DNA of 64,000 bases from positions 288,001 to 352,000 of the forward strand of contig JAVKIP010000001.1 in the NCBI GenBank assembly GCA_031459385.1, given 5' to 3'. Position numbers and translations under genes: made by a program. Each line of letters starts with the position of its first letter. The first letter of the stretch is position 1. The notes below the pieces were generated by a model. It saw only the letters and a list, made by a program, of their open reading frames with translations, did no database searches and had not been told where the DNA came from. Origin of the DNA: Candidatus Fervidifonticultor secundus. GTDB lineage: Bacteria > Sysuimicrobiota > Sysuimicrobiia > Sysuimicrobiales > Humicultoraceae. This document shows positions 37,062 to 47,288 of the stretch, piece by piece.

Positions 37062-38150
37062 GTGAGCGCGCACCGGCGCATCGGCGTCCTGACCGGCGGC
37101 GGCGACTGTCCCGGGCTGAATGCCGTCATCCGGGCGGTGGTGCTGGCGGCCGTGCGGGGATTCGGATGGGAGGTCGTCGGCATCCTCGACGGGTTCGACG
37201 GCCTGTTGCACGACCGCACCCGCCTGCTCGGGATCGAGGAGGTCCGGGGCATCCTCGCCCAGGGCGGCACCATCCTGGGCACGTCGAACCGGGGTAACCC
37301 CTTCGCGTGGCCGGTGGTCCGCGACGGGCGCACCGAGATCATCGATGCGTCGTCGCTGGTCCTGGAGCGGCTGCGGGCACTGGACCTGCACGCCCTGGTG
37401 GTGATCGGCGGCGACGGCACGCTCCACATCGCCCAGAGCCTCTACGAGATGGGCGCGCCCGTGGTGGGGATTCCCAAGACCATCGACAACGACATCGCGG
37501 CGACCGACGTCACGTTCGGCTTCGACACCGCGCGCCTGACGGCCACCGAGGCGATCGACAAGCTGCACTCCACCGCCGAGAGCCACCACCGCGTCATGGT
37601 GGTGGAGACGATGGGCCGCAACGCCGGGTGGATCGCTCTCGAGTCGGGCATCGCCGGCGGGGCCAACGTGGTGCTGATCCCCGAGATCCCCTTCCGCCTG
37701 GAGGCGGTGGCCGCCGCCATCGAGGACCGCGCGCAGCGCGGCCGGCCGTGGTCGATCGTGGTCGCCGCCGAGGGCGCGCACCCCGAGGGCGGGGTGCAGG
37801 TCTACCAGGACACCGGCGGCCCCGGCCGCCTGCCGCGCCTGGGGGGGATCGCCCAACAGGTCGCCTCACGCCTGGGCGAGTACACGGGGCGCGAGACGCG
37901 CTCGCTGGTGCTGGGCCACCTGCAGCGGGGCGGCAGCCCCACGCCCTTCGACCGGCTGCTGGCCACGCGCTTCGGCGTGCGGGCCACCGAGTGCGTGGCC
38001 GCCGGACGCCTGGGCGTCATGGTGGCGCTGCGCGGCACCGACCTCATCGATGTGCCCATCGCCGAGGCGATCGCCACGCCCAAGCGCGTGCCGCCCGACG
38101 GCCAGCTGGTGCGGACGGCGAAGGCGCTAGGGATGTCGGTGGGTGTATAG
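37062..38150 (+). CDS. pfkA: 6-phosphofructokinase (group III-like, ATP-type signature)
   Basis: LTGGGDCPGLN, GGTILG, GGDGT, PKTIDND, MGR, LGHLQRGG. Confidence 0.93.
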   Translation: MSAHRRIGVLTGGGDCPGLNAVIRAVVLAAVRGFGWEVVGILDGFDGLLHDRTRLLGIEEVRGILAQGGTILGTSNRGNPFAWPVVRDGRTEIIDASSLVLERLRALDLHALVVIGGDGTLHIAQSLYEMGAPVVGIPKTIDNDIAATDVTFGFDTARLTATEAIDKLHSTAESHHRVMVVETMGRNAGWIALESGIAGGANVVLIPEIPFRLEAVAAAIEDRAQRGRPWSIVVAAEGAHPEGGVQVYQDTGGPGRLPRLGGIAQQVASRLGEYTGRETRSLVLGHLQRGGSPTPFDRLLATRFGVRATECVAAGRLGVMVALRGTDLIDVPIAEAIATPKRVPPDGQLVRTAKALGMSVGV

Positions 38151-38206
38151 ACGCTGGCGGGGCAGTCCCGGCAGGAAACTGGCGCGTCACAAAGAAATTG
38201 TCGAAA

Positions 38207-38223
38207 TAATCGATTACTAATCG
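38207..38223. promoter_or_regulatory. Overlapping palindromes TAATCGATTA / CGATTA-C-TAATCG; candidate GntR operator
   Basis: Seen directly, 4 nt before the GntR ATG, in an AT-rich patch. Confidence 0.5.
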
Positions 38224-38227
38224 CGCC

Positions 38228-38974
38228 ATGGATCCAGCAGTAGTCGAGCTGAAGCTGCCCTTCAACACCGTCGGTGAGGCGGTGACGGGTGATCTACGGG
38301 AAGCGATCCTGTCCGGCCGCCTGCGCCAGGGTGAGTTCCTGCGGCAGCGTGCGCTGGCAGGACGGTACGGCGTCAGCGAGGTTGTCGTTCGGGAAGCCTT
38401 GCGCAGGCTCGAGGTCGAGGGACTCGTGGAGATCCTGCCGCGCCGGGGTGCCCGTGTCAGCCAGCTGGCGGTGGCCGATCTGCACGAGCTGTACGACCTC
38501 CGTATCTTCCTCGAAGAGCTGCTGACGCGATCCGCGGTACCCAACTGCACTCCCGACGACCTGACGCGGGCCGAGTCGCTGCTGGGGCAGATGGCGCTGG
38601 AGCGGGATCCCGTACGGTGGCTGCGGCTGAACCGCGATTTCCATACCGTCCTGTGCCGGCCCAGCGGCCGACCTCGTCTGTTGCGCCTGCACGAAGAGCT
38701 GCGCATTGCGTCCGAACGCTACCTGCGTGTGAGCCTGGCGCTGCTCAGTCGTTTCGATGTCGCGCAACGCGAGCACGAACAGATCCTGGAGGCCTATCGC
38801 CGACGTGAGCCGGCAGCCGCGGCGGCGTTGGCCGGTGCCCACCTGCGGCAGGTGCGGGACATGATCGCCGCGTTCCTGCAGGGCGTCGGAGCGAGGCCGT
38901 CGCAGGATGCGGAGGATGATGCAGGCAGTGCAGGGAGGTCTGCGTCCCCTGCGGGGACCGGAACGCCGACCTGA
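38228..38974 (+). CDS. GntR-family regulator (FCD type)
   Basis: LREAILSG, YGVSEVVVREAL..LE.EGLV, NRDFH, EHEQIL, HL. Confidence 0.92.
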   Translation: MDPAVVELKLPFNTVGEAVTGDLREAILSGRLRQGEFLRQRALAGRYGVSEVVVREALRRLEVEGLVEILPRRGARVSQLAVADLHELYDLRIFLEELLTRSAVPNCTPDDLTRAESLLGQMALERDPVRWLRLNRDFHTVLCRPSGRPRLLRLHEELRIASERYLRVSLALLSRFDVAQREHEQILEAYRRREPAAAAALAGAHLRQVRDMIAAFLQGVGARPSQDAEDDAGSAGRSASPAGTGTPT

Positions 38975-39014
38975 CGGGCAACAGTCACCCGATTACTCCA
39001 CGGGAGGTGGCACC

Positions 39015-40034
39015 ATGTACGATCGAGGGCATTGTCGATGGCGGGTACTGGTGGCGGTGGCGGCGCTGGTGGCCATCGTGCCGTGGGTGGATATCGGGCT
39101 CGGCAGCGCCCAGGCACCGCTGACGCTGAAGTGGGCGCTCATCACGCCCGAAACGTTTCCGTATATGGACGGTGCCCGCAAGTTCAAAGAGTTGATCGAG
39201 CAGCGGTCGGGCAGCCGGATTCGCGTCGAGATCTTCCCCGGCGGCCAGCTCGGCGCCGAACGGGACATCAACGAGGCGATTCTGGAGGGCGCGATTCACA
39301 TCGGCGTCGGCGCCGGGGCTATGGCCAACCTGGCGCCGATCTACAACCTGGTGCAGGTGCCGTTCCTGATCCAGGGGCAGGACCACATGGAGCGGATCGC
39401 GCTGGGGCCCACGGGAGCCAAAGTGGCGCGCCGCATCGAAGAGCAGGCGCGGTTCCGGGTCCTGGCGTGGTTCAGCACGGGCGACAGCGCCATCGAGACC
39501 GTGAAGAAACCCGTGCGGCACCCCAACGACTTGCGCGGCGTGAAGATTCGCATTATCGAGAACCCCATTTTGCGGGTGACGTTCCTGGCGTTTGCGGCCA
39601 ACCCCACACCCATGCCCTACACCGAAATCTACACCGGCCTGCGGCAGGGGGTGATCGAGGGAGCACACCTGGACGTGGTCTCGGTGGACGCGCTGAAGAT
39701 CTACGAGATCGCCAAGTACATCACCGACTGGGAGCAGATCGCATTCCTGGCGGAGCCGCGGCCGGTGATCATGAACGCCAGGTTCGTCGACGGCCTGCCC
39801 GAGGCCGACCGGAAGCTGATCCAGGACGCGATGCTGGAGGCGGCGGCGCACGAACGGCGCGTGTTTCGCGAGCGCATGAAGACCATCCGCCGGACGCTGG
39901 TGGAGAAAGGGATGCAGATCACCCCGGTCGACGCCGAAGCGTTCGTGACCCGCGTGCGTCCCATCTGGCGGCAGTGGGCGACAGATCTCAAGGCGGAGGA
40001 CATCCTGGACGAGATCGTCAGGCTCCGGCGGTAG
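39015..40034 (+). CDS. TRAP transporter substrate-binding protein (DctP)
   Basis: Signal-like N-terminus, FPGGQLGAE, DLRGVKIR, PTPMPYTEIYTGLRQGVIEG. Confidence 0.92.
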   Translation: MYDRGHCRWRVLVAVAALVAIVPWVDIGLGSAQAPLTLKWALITPETFPYMDGARKFKELIEQRSGSRIRVEIFPGGQLGAERDINEAILEGAIHIGVGAGAMANLAPIYNLVQVPFLIQGQDHMERIALGPTGAKVARRIEEQARFRVLAWFSTGDSAIETVKKPVRHPNDLRGVKIRIIENPILRVTFLAFAANPTPMPYTEIYTGLRQGVIEGAHLDVVSVDALKIYEIAKYITDWEQIAFLAEPRPVIMNARFVDGLPEADRKLIQDAMLEAAAHERRVFRERMKTIRRTLVEKGMQITPVDAEAFVTRVRPIWRQWATDLKAEDILDEIVRLRR

Positions 40035-40139
40035 GGCGCATGGCGCTGGTGGGGTCAGAGGCACGTTCCTGCCGTTGCGGGTGAGCCAGGGCGCTGAGGT
40101 CGCCGGGAGGGTCCGGCCAGGGAGCCGGCCGGCGCGGGT

Positions 40140-40685
40140 GTGCCAGCCGTGATGGCGTGGATCGACCGGGTCGTGCGGTTCCTGATCGGGCTGCTGATGG
40201 CGGGGATCTTGATCGTGGTCCTCCTGGCTGTGTTCTTCCGGTACGTGCTGAACGCGGCACTGTTCTGGGGTGAGGAAGTCGCTCGATACCTCACGGTGTG
40301 GGTGATCTTCCTCTCCATGAGCGTCGCCTACGGCAGCGGTGCGCACGTTCGCGTCACGGCGCTGCTCGACCGGGTGCACCCGAGGGCCCGCCGGCGCGCC
40401 GACCTCGTCGCCGCCGTCCTGGAGGTTGCGCTGTTGGGGCTCTTGACCTGGTACGGGGTGGTGCTCGCAGCGAACAACCTGCAGCGGGGGCAGCGCTCGC
40501 CGGCCCTGCAGATACCCATCGGCTGGGTGTATCTGGCCGTGCCTGCGGGCGCGGGGCTCAGTCTGCTCCACGCGGTGGCGCGGGTGGGGGCCTTGCTGGG
40601 GAGGTGGTCCCAGCCCATGACAGCAGAGCAGGGGTCGGCCGCGGGCCTCGGCGACCCCCTGCGCGCACCTGGCCGGAGCCGATGA
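40140..40685 (+). CDS. TRAP transporter small permease (DctQ)
   Basis: VFFRYVLN, WGEEVARY, HVRV, SPALQIP. Confidence 0.9.
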   Translation: MPAVMAWIDRVVRFLIGLLMAGILIVVLLAVFFRYVLNAALFWGEEVARYLTVWVIFLSMSVAYGSGAHVRVTALLDRVHPRARRRADLVAAVLEVALLGLLTWYGVVLAANNLQRGQRSPALQIPIGWVYLAVPAGAGLSLLHAVARVGALLGRWSQPMTAEQGSAAGLGDPLRAPGRSR

Positions 40686-41968
40686 TCGCCCTTACGCTGG
40701 CGTTCTTCGGCCTGCTCCTGCTGGGCCTGCCGGTGGCGTTGGCCCTGGCAGGCGCCGGGATCCTGTACCTGCTGCTGCATGGCACGCCTCTGACGGTGGC
40801 GCCGCAGCGAATGTTTGTCGCCGCCGACGATTTCACCCTCATGGCGATTCCGCTGTTCATCCTCGCGGGCTACCTGATGAACGAGACCGGGATCACCCGG
40901 CGGCTGGTGCGGTTCGCGGTGCTGCTCCTGGGGCGCATCAACGGCGGACTGTCCTACGCCAACATCGGGGTCTGCATGGTGTTTGGCGGCATCACGGGCG
41001 TGGCGGCGGCAGAAGTGGCCGCGGTCGGCACGGTCTTGATCCCGGCCATGGAGGAGGACGGCCACGACCGGGAGTACGCCACGGCCCTGACGCTGGCCGG
41101 GTCGCTCATGGGGCCCATCATCCCCCCCAGCGTCCCGCTCCTCATCTACGGCATTCAGGCGGAGGTGTCGATAGGCAAACTGTTCCTCGCAGGCGTGGTG
41201 CCGGGTGCGTTGATCGCCGTGGCGCTGGCGGTCCTCAACTTTGTCCTGCTCAGGCGCACGGGGTTTCGGAGCCGGTTGCCTCAGGCACGGCGCCCGCGGG
41301 GTGTGGAGTTCTGGCGGGCATGCGGCGAGGCGGCGCTGGCCTTGGTGATGCCCCTGGTGGTTGTCGGGGGTATCGTCGCGGGGGTGTTCACGCCCACGGA
41401 GTCGGCGGGCATTGCGGTGGCCTACGCGCTGTTCGTGGGGCTAATGGTTTTTCGCACGCTTCACCTGCGCGCGCTCCCCCGCATCTTCGTCCAGGCCGGA
41501 ATTACCAGCGGGGTTGTCATGGTGATCGTGGCGGCCTCGGCAGTGTTGAACTGGGTGCTGGCGTACGGCCAGATCCCCACCCTCGTGGCCCAGTCGCTGC
41601 TGCGGTGGACTGATGACCCCCATGTCTTCATGCTGCTGGTGATCGTGGTGCTGCTCATCGTGGGTATGCCGCTGGATCCCGTGCCGGCCCTGATCGTGCT
41701 GACGCCGGTCCTGCTCCCCGCCGCCAGAAGCTACGGAGTCGACCTGGTGCACTTCGGGACCGTGATGGTGTTCACGCTGGTGATCGGGCTCCTGACGCCG
41801 CCTGTGGGCGCTAGCCTGTTTGTAGGCAGTGCGGTGTCCGGCATCTCCCTGGAGCGGCTGAGTGTGGTGGTGCTGCCGTTTGTCGCGGTGCTGCTGGCCG
41901 TGGCCCTGGTGCTGGCGTTCATACCCGGGCTGTCGGTGTGGTTGCCGGTGGCGCTACTGGGGCGATGA
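40682..41968 (+). CDS. TRAP transporter large permease (DctM)
   Basis: AIPLFILAG, IIPPS, FTPTE, HFG, LTPPVG; ATGA overlap. Confidence 0.93.
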   Translation: MIALTLAFFGLLLLGLPVALALAGAGILYLLLHGTPLTVAPQRMFVAADDFTLMAIPLFILAGYLMNETGITRRLVRFAVLLLGRINGGLSYANIGVCMVFGGITGVAAAEVAAVGTVLIPAMEEDGHDREYATALTLAGSLMGPIIPPSVPLLIYGIQAEVSIGKLFLAGVVPGALIAVALAVLNFVLLRRTGFRSRLPQARRPRGVEFWRACGEAALALVMPLVVVGGIVAGVFTPTESAGIAVAYALFVGLMVFRTLHLRALPRIFVQAGITSGVVMVIVAASAVLNWVLAYGQIPTLVAQSLLRWTDDPHVFMLLVIVVLLIVGMPLDPVPALIVLTPVLLPAARSYGVDLVHFGTVMVFTLVIGLLTPPVGASLFVGSAVSGISLERLSVVVLPFVAVLLAVALVLAFIPGLSVWLPVALLGR

Positions 41969-42001
41969 GAGGCGAACGCTCTGCGCGGGAGGAGGGTGGA
42001 C

Positions 42002-42958
42002 ATGCCGAAGCCGTTGTGGTTGCGTGGTGTGATTCCGGCCATTGTGACGCCGTTTCGCGACGACTACAGCGTCGATGAGGACGGACTGCGGCGGTATGTG
42101 CGCGCGGTGCTGGCCGTGCCCGGGGTGAGCGGCGTGCTGTGCAACGGGTATACGGGCGAAGGTGGGGCGCTGACGCCGGAGGAACGGCGGCGGTGCATCG
42201 AGATCTGTGCCGGCGAGATCGGCGGACGGGTGCCGCTCATCGCCGGGATAGATGCGCGGTCGACGGCAGAGGCGGTGGAGGCGGCGCGGGACGCTGTCCG
42301 GGCCGGTGCAACGGTGATTCAGGTGAACTCTCCCTTTGAGCACCTGCTGCGGCGAGGATTCCCGCGTACCATGGAGGCACCGCTGCGCTACTTCGGCACC
42401 CTGAACGATGAGGTCGGCGTGCCGATGCTGGTGTTTCAGTACCCTGCGTGGAGCGGTCTGACCTATCCCCCGGAAGTCCTGGCCAGGCTGGCGGAGCTCC
42501 CCTATGTGGTGGCGGTCAAAGAAGCCGTGGACCTCGAGACGTACGTGGCGGACTTCGATGCGTTGCATGGCACCGTAGCCCTCTTTGCCGATCACAACGG
42601 CTACACCCTGCTGCCCATGTTGCTGCTGGGCGCCGATGGCACCATGGTCGGCATCTCCAACGTGGGGTTGGAACTGTACGTCGAGCTGTTCGAGGCGGTG
42701 CAGCACCGGGAGTTCCAGCGCGCAGTGGACCTGACCAACACCCGCCTGCGACCGCTGATGCGAGTGCTGGCCACCGACCTGGGCCGCACGCCCACGTCGT
42801 TCGTCAGCAAGGTCAAGGAAGCCCTGGTGATGCTCGGACGGCTGGACCGGGCGGTGGTACGGCCGCCAGAGGTTCCCGTCACCGCGGCGGAGCGGCGGGA
42901 GATCCGACAGGCCCTGACTGCGGCCGGCCTCCTGTCCGCGGCAGCGCCCGTGGTCTGA
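42002..42958 (+). CDS. DapA/NAL-family class I aldolase-like protein
   Basis: GVIPAIVTPF, NGYTGE, FQYP, VVAVKEA (Schiff-base Lys), GADG, VRPP. Confidence 0.88.
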   Translation: MPKPLWLRGVIPAIVTPFRDDYSVDEDGLRRYVRAVLAVPGVSGVLCNGYTGEGGALTPEERRRCIEICAGEIGGRVPLIAGIDARSTAEAVEAARDAVRAGATVIQVNSPFEHLLRRGFPRTMEAPLRYFGTLNDEVGVPMLVFQYPAWSGLTYPPEVLARLAELPYVVAVKEAVDLETYVADFDALHGTVALFADHNGYTLLPMLLLGADGTMVGISNVGLELYVELFEAVQHREFQRAVDLTNTRLRPLMRVLATDLGRTPTSFVSKVKEALVMLGRLDRAVVRPPEVPVTAAERREIRQALTAAGLLSAAAPVV

Positions 42959-45051
42959 TGTTCGTCGTGGGCGTGGACGTCGGCGGCACGTTCACCGACG
43001 TGGCCGTGCTGGACGTGCAGGGTGGTCACACCGTCACGGCCAAGGCGCTCAGCCGCCCTGACGATCTCACCACGAGCGTGGTGGAGGCCCTGGAGATGGC
43101 GGCCGCCACCCTGGGGGTGTCGCTGGAGCGGTTGCTGGCGCGCACCGTGCGTTTTTCCCACGCCACGACCCGGACGTCCAACGCGTTGCTGACGTTCTCT
43201 GGGAGCCGGGTGGGACTGCTGACGACACGAGGGTTTGAGGATACGCTGCTCATCATGCGTGGCATCGGACGCGTGGCCGGTCTCAGCCTGGCGGAGCGGC
43301 GGCATCCTCGGGCAACCGCCAAGCCGCCCCTGCTGGTGGACGAGACGCGCATTCGGGGCGTCAGGGAACGGGTTGATGCCCGTGGGCGGATCGTGACGCC
43401 GCTGGACGTCGACCACGCCCGAGCACAGATCGTCGATCTCCTGCAGGAGGGTGTCGAGGCGTTTGCCGTCTGCCTCCTGTGGGCGTTCGCCAACCCCTGC
43501 CACGAGCAGGCCATCGCCGCGCTCATCGGAGAGCTAGCGCCGCAGGCCCACATCAGTCTGTCACACCAGGTGGCGCCGCTGCGGGGCGAGTACGAGCGGA
43601 CGGCCACCACGGTGGTCAATGCGTACGTGGCGTCCGCCCTGGAGCACTACCTGCGGCGATTGACCCGGCGCCTGCGGGATGCGGGGTTGCAGGCGCCGCT
43701 GCTGGTGATTCAGGCCAACGGCGGCGCCACGTCCGTCGACCGGGTCGTTCCCGTGCAGACCATCGAATCGGGCCCGGCAGCCGGGGTGGCCGCGGCGCAG
43801 GCGGTGGCGCGGGCGACGGGTCACCAGCGCGTCATTGCCACCGACGTGGGCGGGACGACGTTCAAGGTTGGCGTGCTCACGGGCGGGAAGTGGGCCACCA
43901 CGCGCGAGACGGTCATCGGCCAGTACAGCCTGTGGTTGCCCATGGTGGACGTGGTGTCGATCGGCGCGGGCGGCGGTTCGGTGGCCTGGGTGGATGATAC
44001 GCGCCTGCGCGTGGGGCCCCGCAGCGCCGGGGCGGTGCCCGGACCGGCTTGCTACGGCCGTGGTGGCACCGAGCCGACCGTCACCGACGCGGACGTGGTA
44101 CTGGGGTATATCGGCCCCGATACCTTCTGGGGTGGCCGCATGCGGCTGGATACGGCGGCCGCCAGGCGCGCCCTTGCAGAACACGTCGCCGTCAGCCTGT
44201 TCGACGGCGACGTGGTGCGGGCTGCCGCGGGCATTCGTGAGGTCATAGACCACCAGATGGCCGACCTGATTCGCAAGGTCACCATCGAGCGGGGGTACGA
44301 TCCGCGGGAGTTCGTTCTGTTCGCCTATGGCGGTATGGGGCCGGTGCACGGGAATGCCTACGCGCGCGCGGCCGGCATCGCGCGGGTGGTGGTTCCCGGC
44401 GGGGCGTCAGTGCTCTCCGCGGTGGGCGGCGCGCGGTCGGATATCCTGCACACGCAGGCCACTTCGGATCTGCTGTTGGTGCCTGCGGATCCCAGCCGGC
44501 TGAAGAGCCACTTCCGTCGCATGGAGGCCGAAGCCGCGGCGATGTTCGAGGCCGAGGGGATCCCCCCCGAGCGGCGGACGTTCTCCCGATGGCTGGAGAT
44601 GCGGTACCGCCGCCAGCTGCACGCCATCCGCGTGGACATTTCGACGCGGGCGCTGGACGACGGGCAGACGGATGCCGTGGTCGCGGAGTTCGAGCGTCGG
44701 TACGCCGCGCTGTACGGTGCCGCGGCGGCCTTCAGGGAGGCGGGGATCGAGGTGGTCACGGCGGGATTGGACGCCTGGGGTCACGTCGAGTCCCTGCCGC
44801 TGCCGGTCGTCCCGACGGGCGGGTCCGATCCGTCGGCGGCGCTGAAGGGGCACCGTTCCGTGTACTGCCTGCGGCGGCGTCGATGGGTGGAGGCACCCGT
44901 GTACGACGGGGAGCGGGTCAGTGCCGGGAACCGAGTGCTCGGGCTCGCGTTGGTGGAGTACCCGCATACGACAGTGGTGGTGGAGGACGGGACGGAGGCG
45001 GTGGTCGACGCGTTCGGGAACATGGTGCTGACGTGCGAGGTGGAGGCGTGA
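42958..45051 (+). CDS. Hydantoinase A / 5-oxoprolinase / acetone carboxylase beta-like subunit
   Basis: GVDVGGTFTD, GEYER, ESGPAAG, DVGGTT, IGAGGGS, SAGAVPGPACYG, PTVTDAD. Confidence 0.93.
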   Translation: MFVVGVDVGGTFTDVAVLDVQGGHTVTAKALSRPDDLTTSVVEALEMAAATLGVSLERLLARTVRFSHATTRTSNALLTFSGSRVGLLTTRGFEDTLLIMRGIGRVAGLSLAERRHPRATAKPPLLVDETRIRGVRERVDARGRIVTPLDVDHARAQIVDLLQEGVEAFAVCLLWAFANPCHEQAIAALIGELAPQAHISLSHQVAPLRGEYERTATTVVNAYVASALEHYLRRLTRRLRDAGLQAPLLVIQANGGATSVDRVVPVQTIESGPAAGVAAAQAVARATGHQRVIATDVGGTTFKVGVLTGGKWATTRETVIGQYSLWLPMVDVVSIGAGGGSVAWVDDTRLRVGPRSAGAVPGPACYGRGGTEPTVTDADVVLGYIGPDTFWGGRMRLDTAAARRALAEHVAVSLFDGDVVRAAAGIREVIDHQMADLIRKVTIERGYDPREFVLFAYGGMGPVHGNAYARAAGIARVVVPGGASVLSAVGGARSDILHTQATSDLLLVPADPSRLKSHFRRMEAEAAAMFEAEGIPPERRTFSRWLEMRYRRQLHAIRVDISTRALDDGQTDAVVAEFERRYAALYGAAAAFREAGIEVVTAGLDAWGHVESLPLPVVPTGGSDPSAALKGHRSVYCLRRRRWVEAPVYDGERVSAGNRVLGLALVEYPHTTVVVEDGTEAVVDAFGNMVLTCEVEA

Positions 45052-47270
45052 GGACCGGCATGCCGGGTGTGGAGCCCGTGACCTTCGAGGTCATTGCCCA
45101 CCGGCTGGGGCTGATCGCCGAAGAGATGGGCATCGTCTACATGCGTACCTCGGGCTCGCACGTCCTCGTCACCGGCAACGACGCTGCCACGGGCATCACG
45201 CTGCCTGACGGCGCCCTGGTCATCGCTGGCCCGTACATCACCACCCAGGCCAACGTGCTGCCGCTGGTTATCCACAGCACGCAGGAGTTATGCGGTCAGC
45301 GCCCGGGGATCGTCGACGGCGATGTGTTCATCTGCAACGACCCGTACCTGGGGGCGATCCATCAGCCGGACATCGCCACGGTGGCACCCGTCTTCCACGG
45401 GGGGCGGCTGGTGGCCTGGGTCGGCGCCTCGGGACACCAGTTGGACACCGGGGGCATGGATCCCGGCGGGTTCTCCGTGGGCGTGGTCGACGTCCACCAG
45501 GAAGGCCTGCGCATGCCGCCGGTGAAGCTGGTGGAGCGGGGCGTGCTCCGCGACGATCTCTTTCGGTGGATTTGCAACAGCGTGCGTGACCCGCTGGTCG
45601 GCCTCGACATCAAAGCACAACTGGCGGCGCTGACCGTGGGCCGGCGGCGCCTCCTGGAGACCATCGACCGATACGGGGCCGAGACCGTGACGGCGGTCAT
45701 GCAGGGCATGCTGGCGTACGCCGAGCGGCGGCTGCGAGGACGGTTACGGGAGCTGCCCGACGCGGTGGTGCGCGAGGTACAGTACCTCGACCACGATGGA
45801 CATGCGCCGAACGTCTACCAGGTGATCTGTACCGTTGCCAAGCGTGGCGACCGGCTGTCCGTGGACTTCTCGGGCACGGACTCGGCACCGGCGAGCCTGA
45901 TCAACTGCACAGCGTCCGGCCTCCTGGCGGGGGTGCTGACCGCCGTCTACGTGCAGCTGGCCTACGACCTGCCGTGGAACTGGGGGATTCGTCGGTGCCT
46001 TGAGATCACCGCTCCCGAGAGGTGCATCGTCAACGCTCGGTACCCCAGGCCGTGCTCCATGGCCACCATCTCGGCGGTGATCATCGTCATTGACTGCGTG
46101 TTCGGGGCCCTGGCAAAGATCCTGTCATGCAGCCCGCGGTACGCCATGGAGGCCACCGGTCTGTGGACGGGCACGTCGATGGGCCCCGTGGTGGCCGGGA
46201 CCAGTCAGCACGGGTTCCCCTTTGCGACAACGGAGATGAGCCACTTCGCCGGGGGCACCGGCGCGCGGACCTACGCCGACGGCGTGGATACCGGCGGGAT
46301 TATCTTCAATACCACACCAAACATCTCCAACGTGGAAGACATCGAAGCCGACTTCCCGCTGCTGTACCTGTTCCGGCGGCACCTGCGCGACTCGGGCGGA
46401 CCGGGACGCTGGCGCGGCGGGGCGTCAGGCGAGCTGGCATACGTGCCGCATGGTGCGCCCCATGATGACCTGGAGTGCGTCATGGCGGCCACGGGCGCCG
46501 AGCAGCCCAACGCCGTGGGCCTCTGGGGAGGTCTGCCCGGCGCCGCAGTCCGGGTGGCCCGCGTGCGCGGCACCGACATCCCCCAGCGCAAGGGGACGTC
46601 GGCGCCACTGCCGGCGACGCTGGAGGAGTGTGGGGGGGTGCTGGAGTTCTTGCCTCCCAAGCACCGCCGTACCGCATTCCGGCACGACGAGGTCTGGTAC
46701 CACAACTGGCAGGGTGCCGGAGGATACGGCGATCCGATTCAGCGAGAGCCGCACCGGGTCGCCGAAGACGTGCGCCGCGGACTGGTCTCCCGCGACGTGG
46801 CGTGGGCGGTGTACGGCGTAGCCCTCGACGGGACCGGTGGTGTTGACGAAGCCGCCACGGAGGCCCGCCGCCGGTCCATCGTCGCCGAGCGCCGACAACA
46901 CGCCCGGCGTCCGCTCCCGCACGCGTCCGCTCCGATTCCGGAAGCGGATGCCGCAGCGCTGGTACCGGTGGGTCCGTACCTGGGCATCGACTGGACGCGC
47001 CGGGTGTACGCGTGCCGTGTCTGCCGCCGGACGCTGGGCCCGGCGGAGGCCAATCTCTATGACCTGCTGGCCGAGGCCGAGCTTCCCCTGGTGGCCGCCG
47101 GCCCGGTGCGGGGGGAGCACTACGATCGCGGGCGGTTCTTCCTGCGGGCGCTGTACTGCCCTGGCTGCGGGACGCAGGTCGACGTCCACGTGCAGCTGCG
47201 GGGAGGCACGCCGCGGGCATTCCGCCTCGTACCGGCCGCGGTACAGGTGGGGGGCGGCATGCCGCCGTAA
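45048..47270 (+). CDS. Hydantoinase B / oxoprolinase-family subunit fused to an acetone carboxylase gamma-like Zn ribbon
   Basis: GDVFICNDPY, HQPD, GHQLD.GG, QEG, DSGGPGRWRGG, GGYGDP..R; C-terminal CRVC...CPGC; alternative start ATG 45060. Confidence 0.9.
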   Translation: MRTGMPGVEPVTFEVIAHRLGLIAEEMGIVYMRTSGSHVLVTGNDAATGITLPDGALVIAGPYITTQANVLPLVIHSTQELCGQRPGIVDGDVFICNDPYLGAIHQPDIATVAPVFHGGRLVAWVGASGHQLDTGGMDPGGFSVGVVDVHQEGLRMPPVKLVERGVLRDDLFRWICNSVRDPLVGLDIKAQLAALTVGRRRLLETIDRYGAETVTAVMQGMLAYAERRLRGRLRELPDAVVREVQYLDHDGHAPNVYQVICTVAKRGDRLSVDFSGTDSAPASLINCTASGLLAGVLTAVYVQLAYDLPWNWGIRRCLEITAPERCIVNARYPRPCSMATISAVIIVIDCVFGALAKILSCSPRYAMEATGLWTGTSMGPVVAGTSQHGFPFATTEMSHFAGGTGARTYADGVDTGGIIFNTTPNISNVEDIEADFPLLYLFRRHLRDSGGPGRWRGGASGELAYVPHGAPHDDLECVMAATGAEQPNAVGLWGGLPGAAVRVARVRGTDIPQRKGTSAPLPATLEECGGVLEFLPPKHRRTAFRHDEVWYHNWQGAGGYGDPIQREPHRVAEDVRRGLVSRDVAWAVYGVALDGTGGVDEAATEARRRSIVAERRQHARRPLPHASAPIPEADAAALVPVGPYLGIDWTRRVYACRVCRRTLGPAEANLYDLLAEAELPLVAAGPVRGEHYDRGRFFLRALYCPGCGTQVDVHVQLRGGTPRAFRLVPAAVQVGGGMPP

Positions 47271-47288
47271 GATGGAGGCAGACGGCGT

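Noticed and set aside
42002..42958. dapA for lysine biosynthesis
   Set aside because: Motifs deviate from true DHDPS and the context is catabolic.
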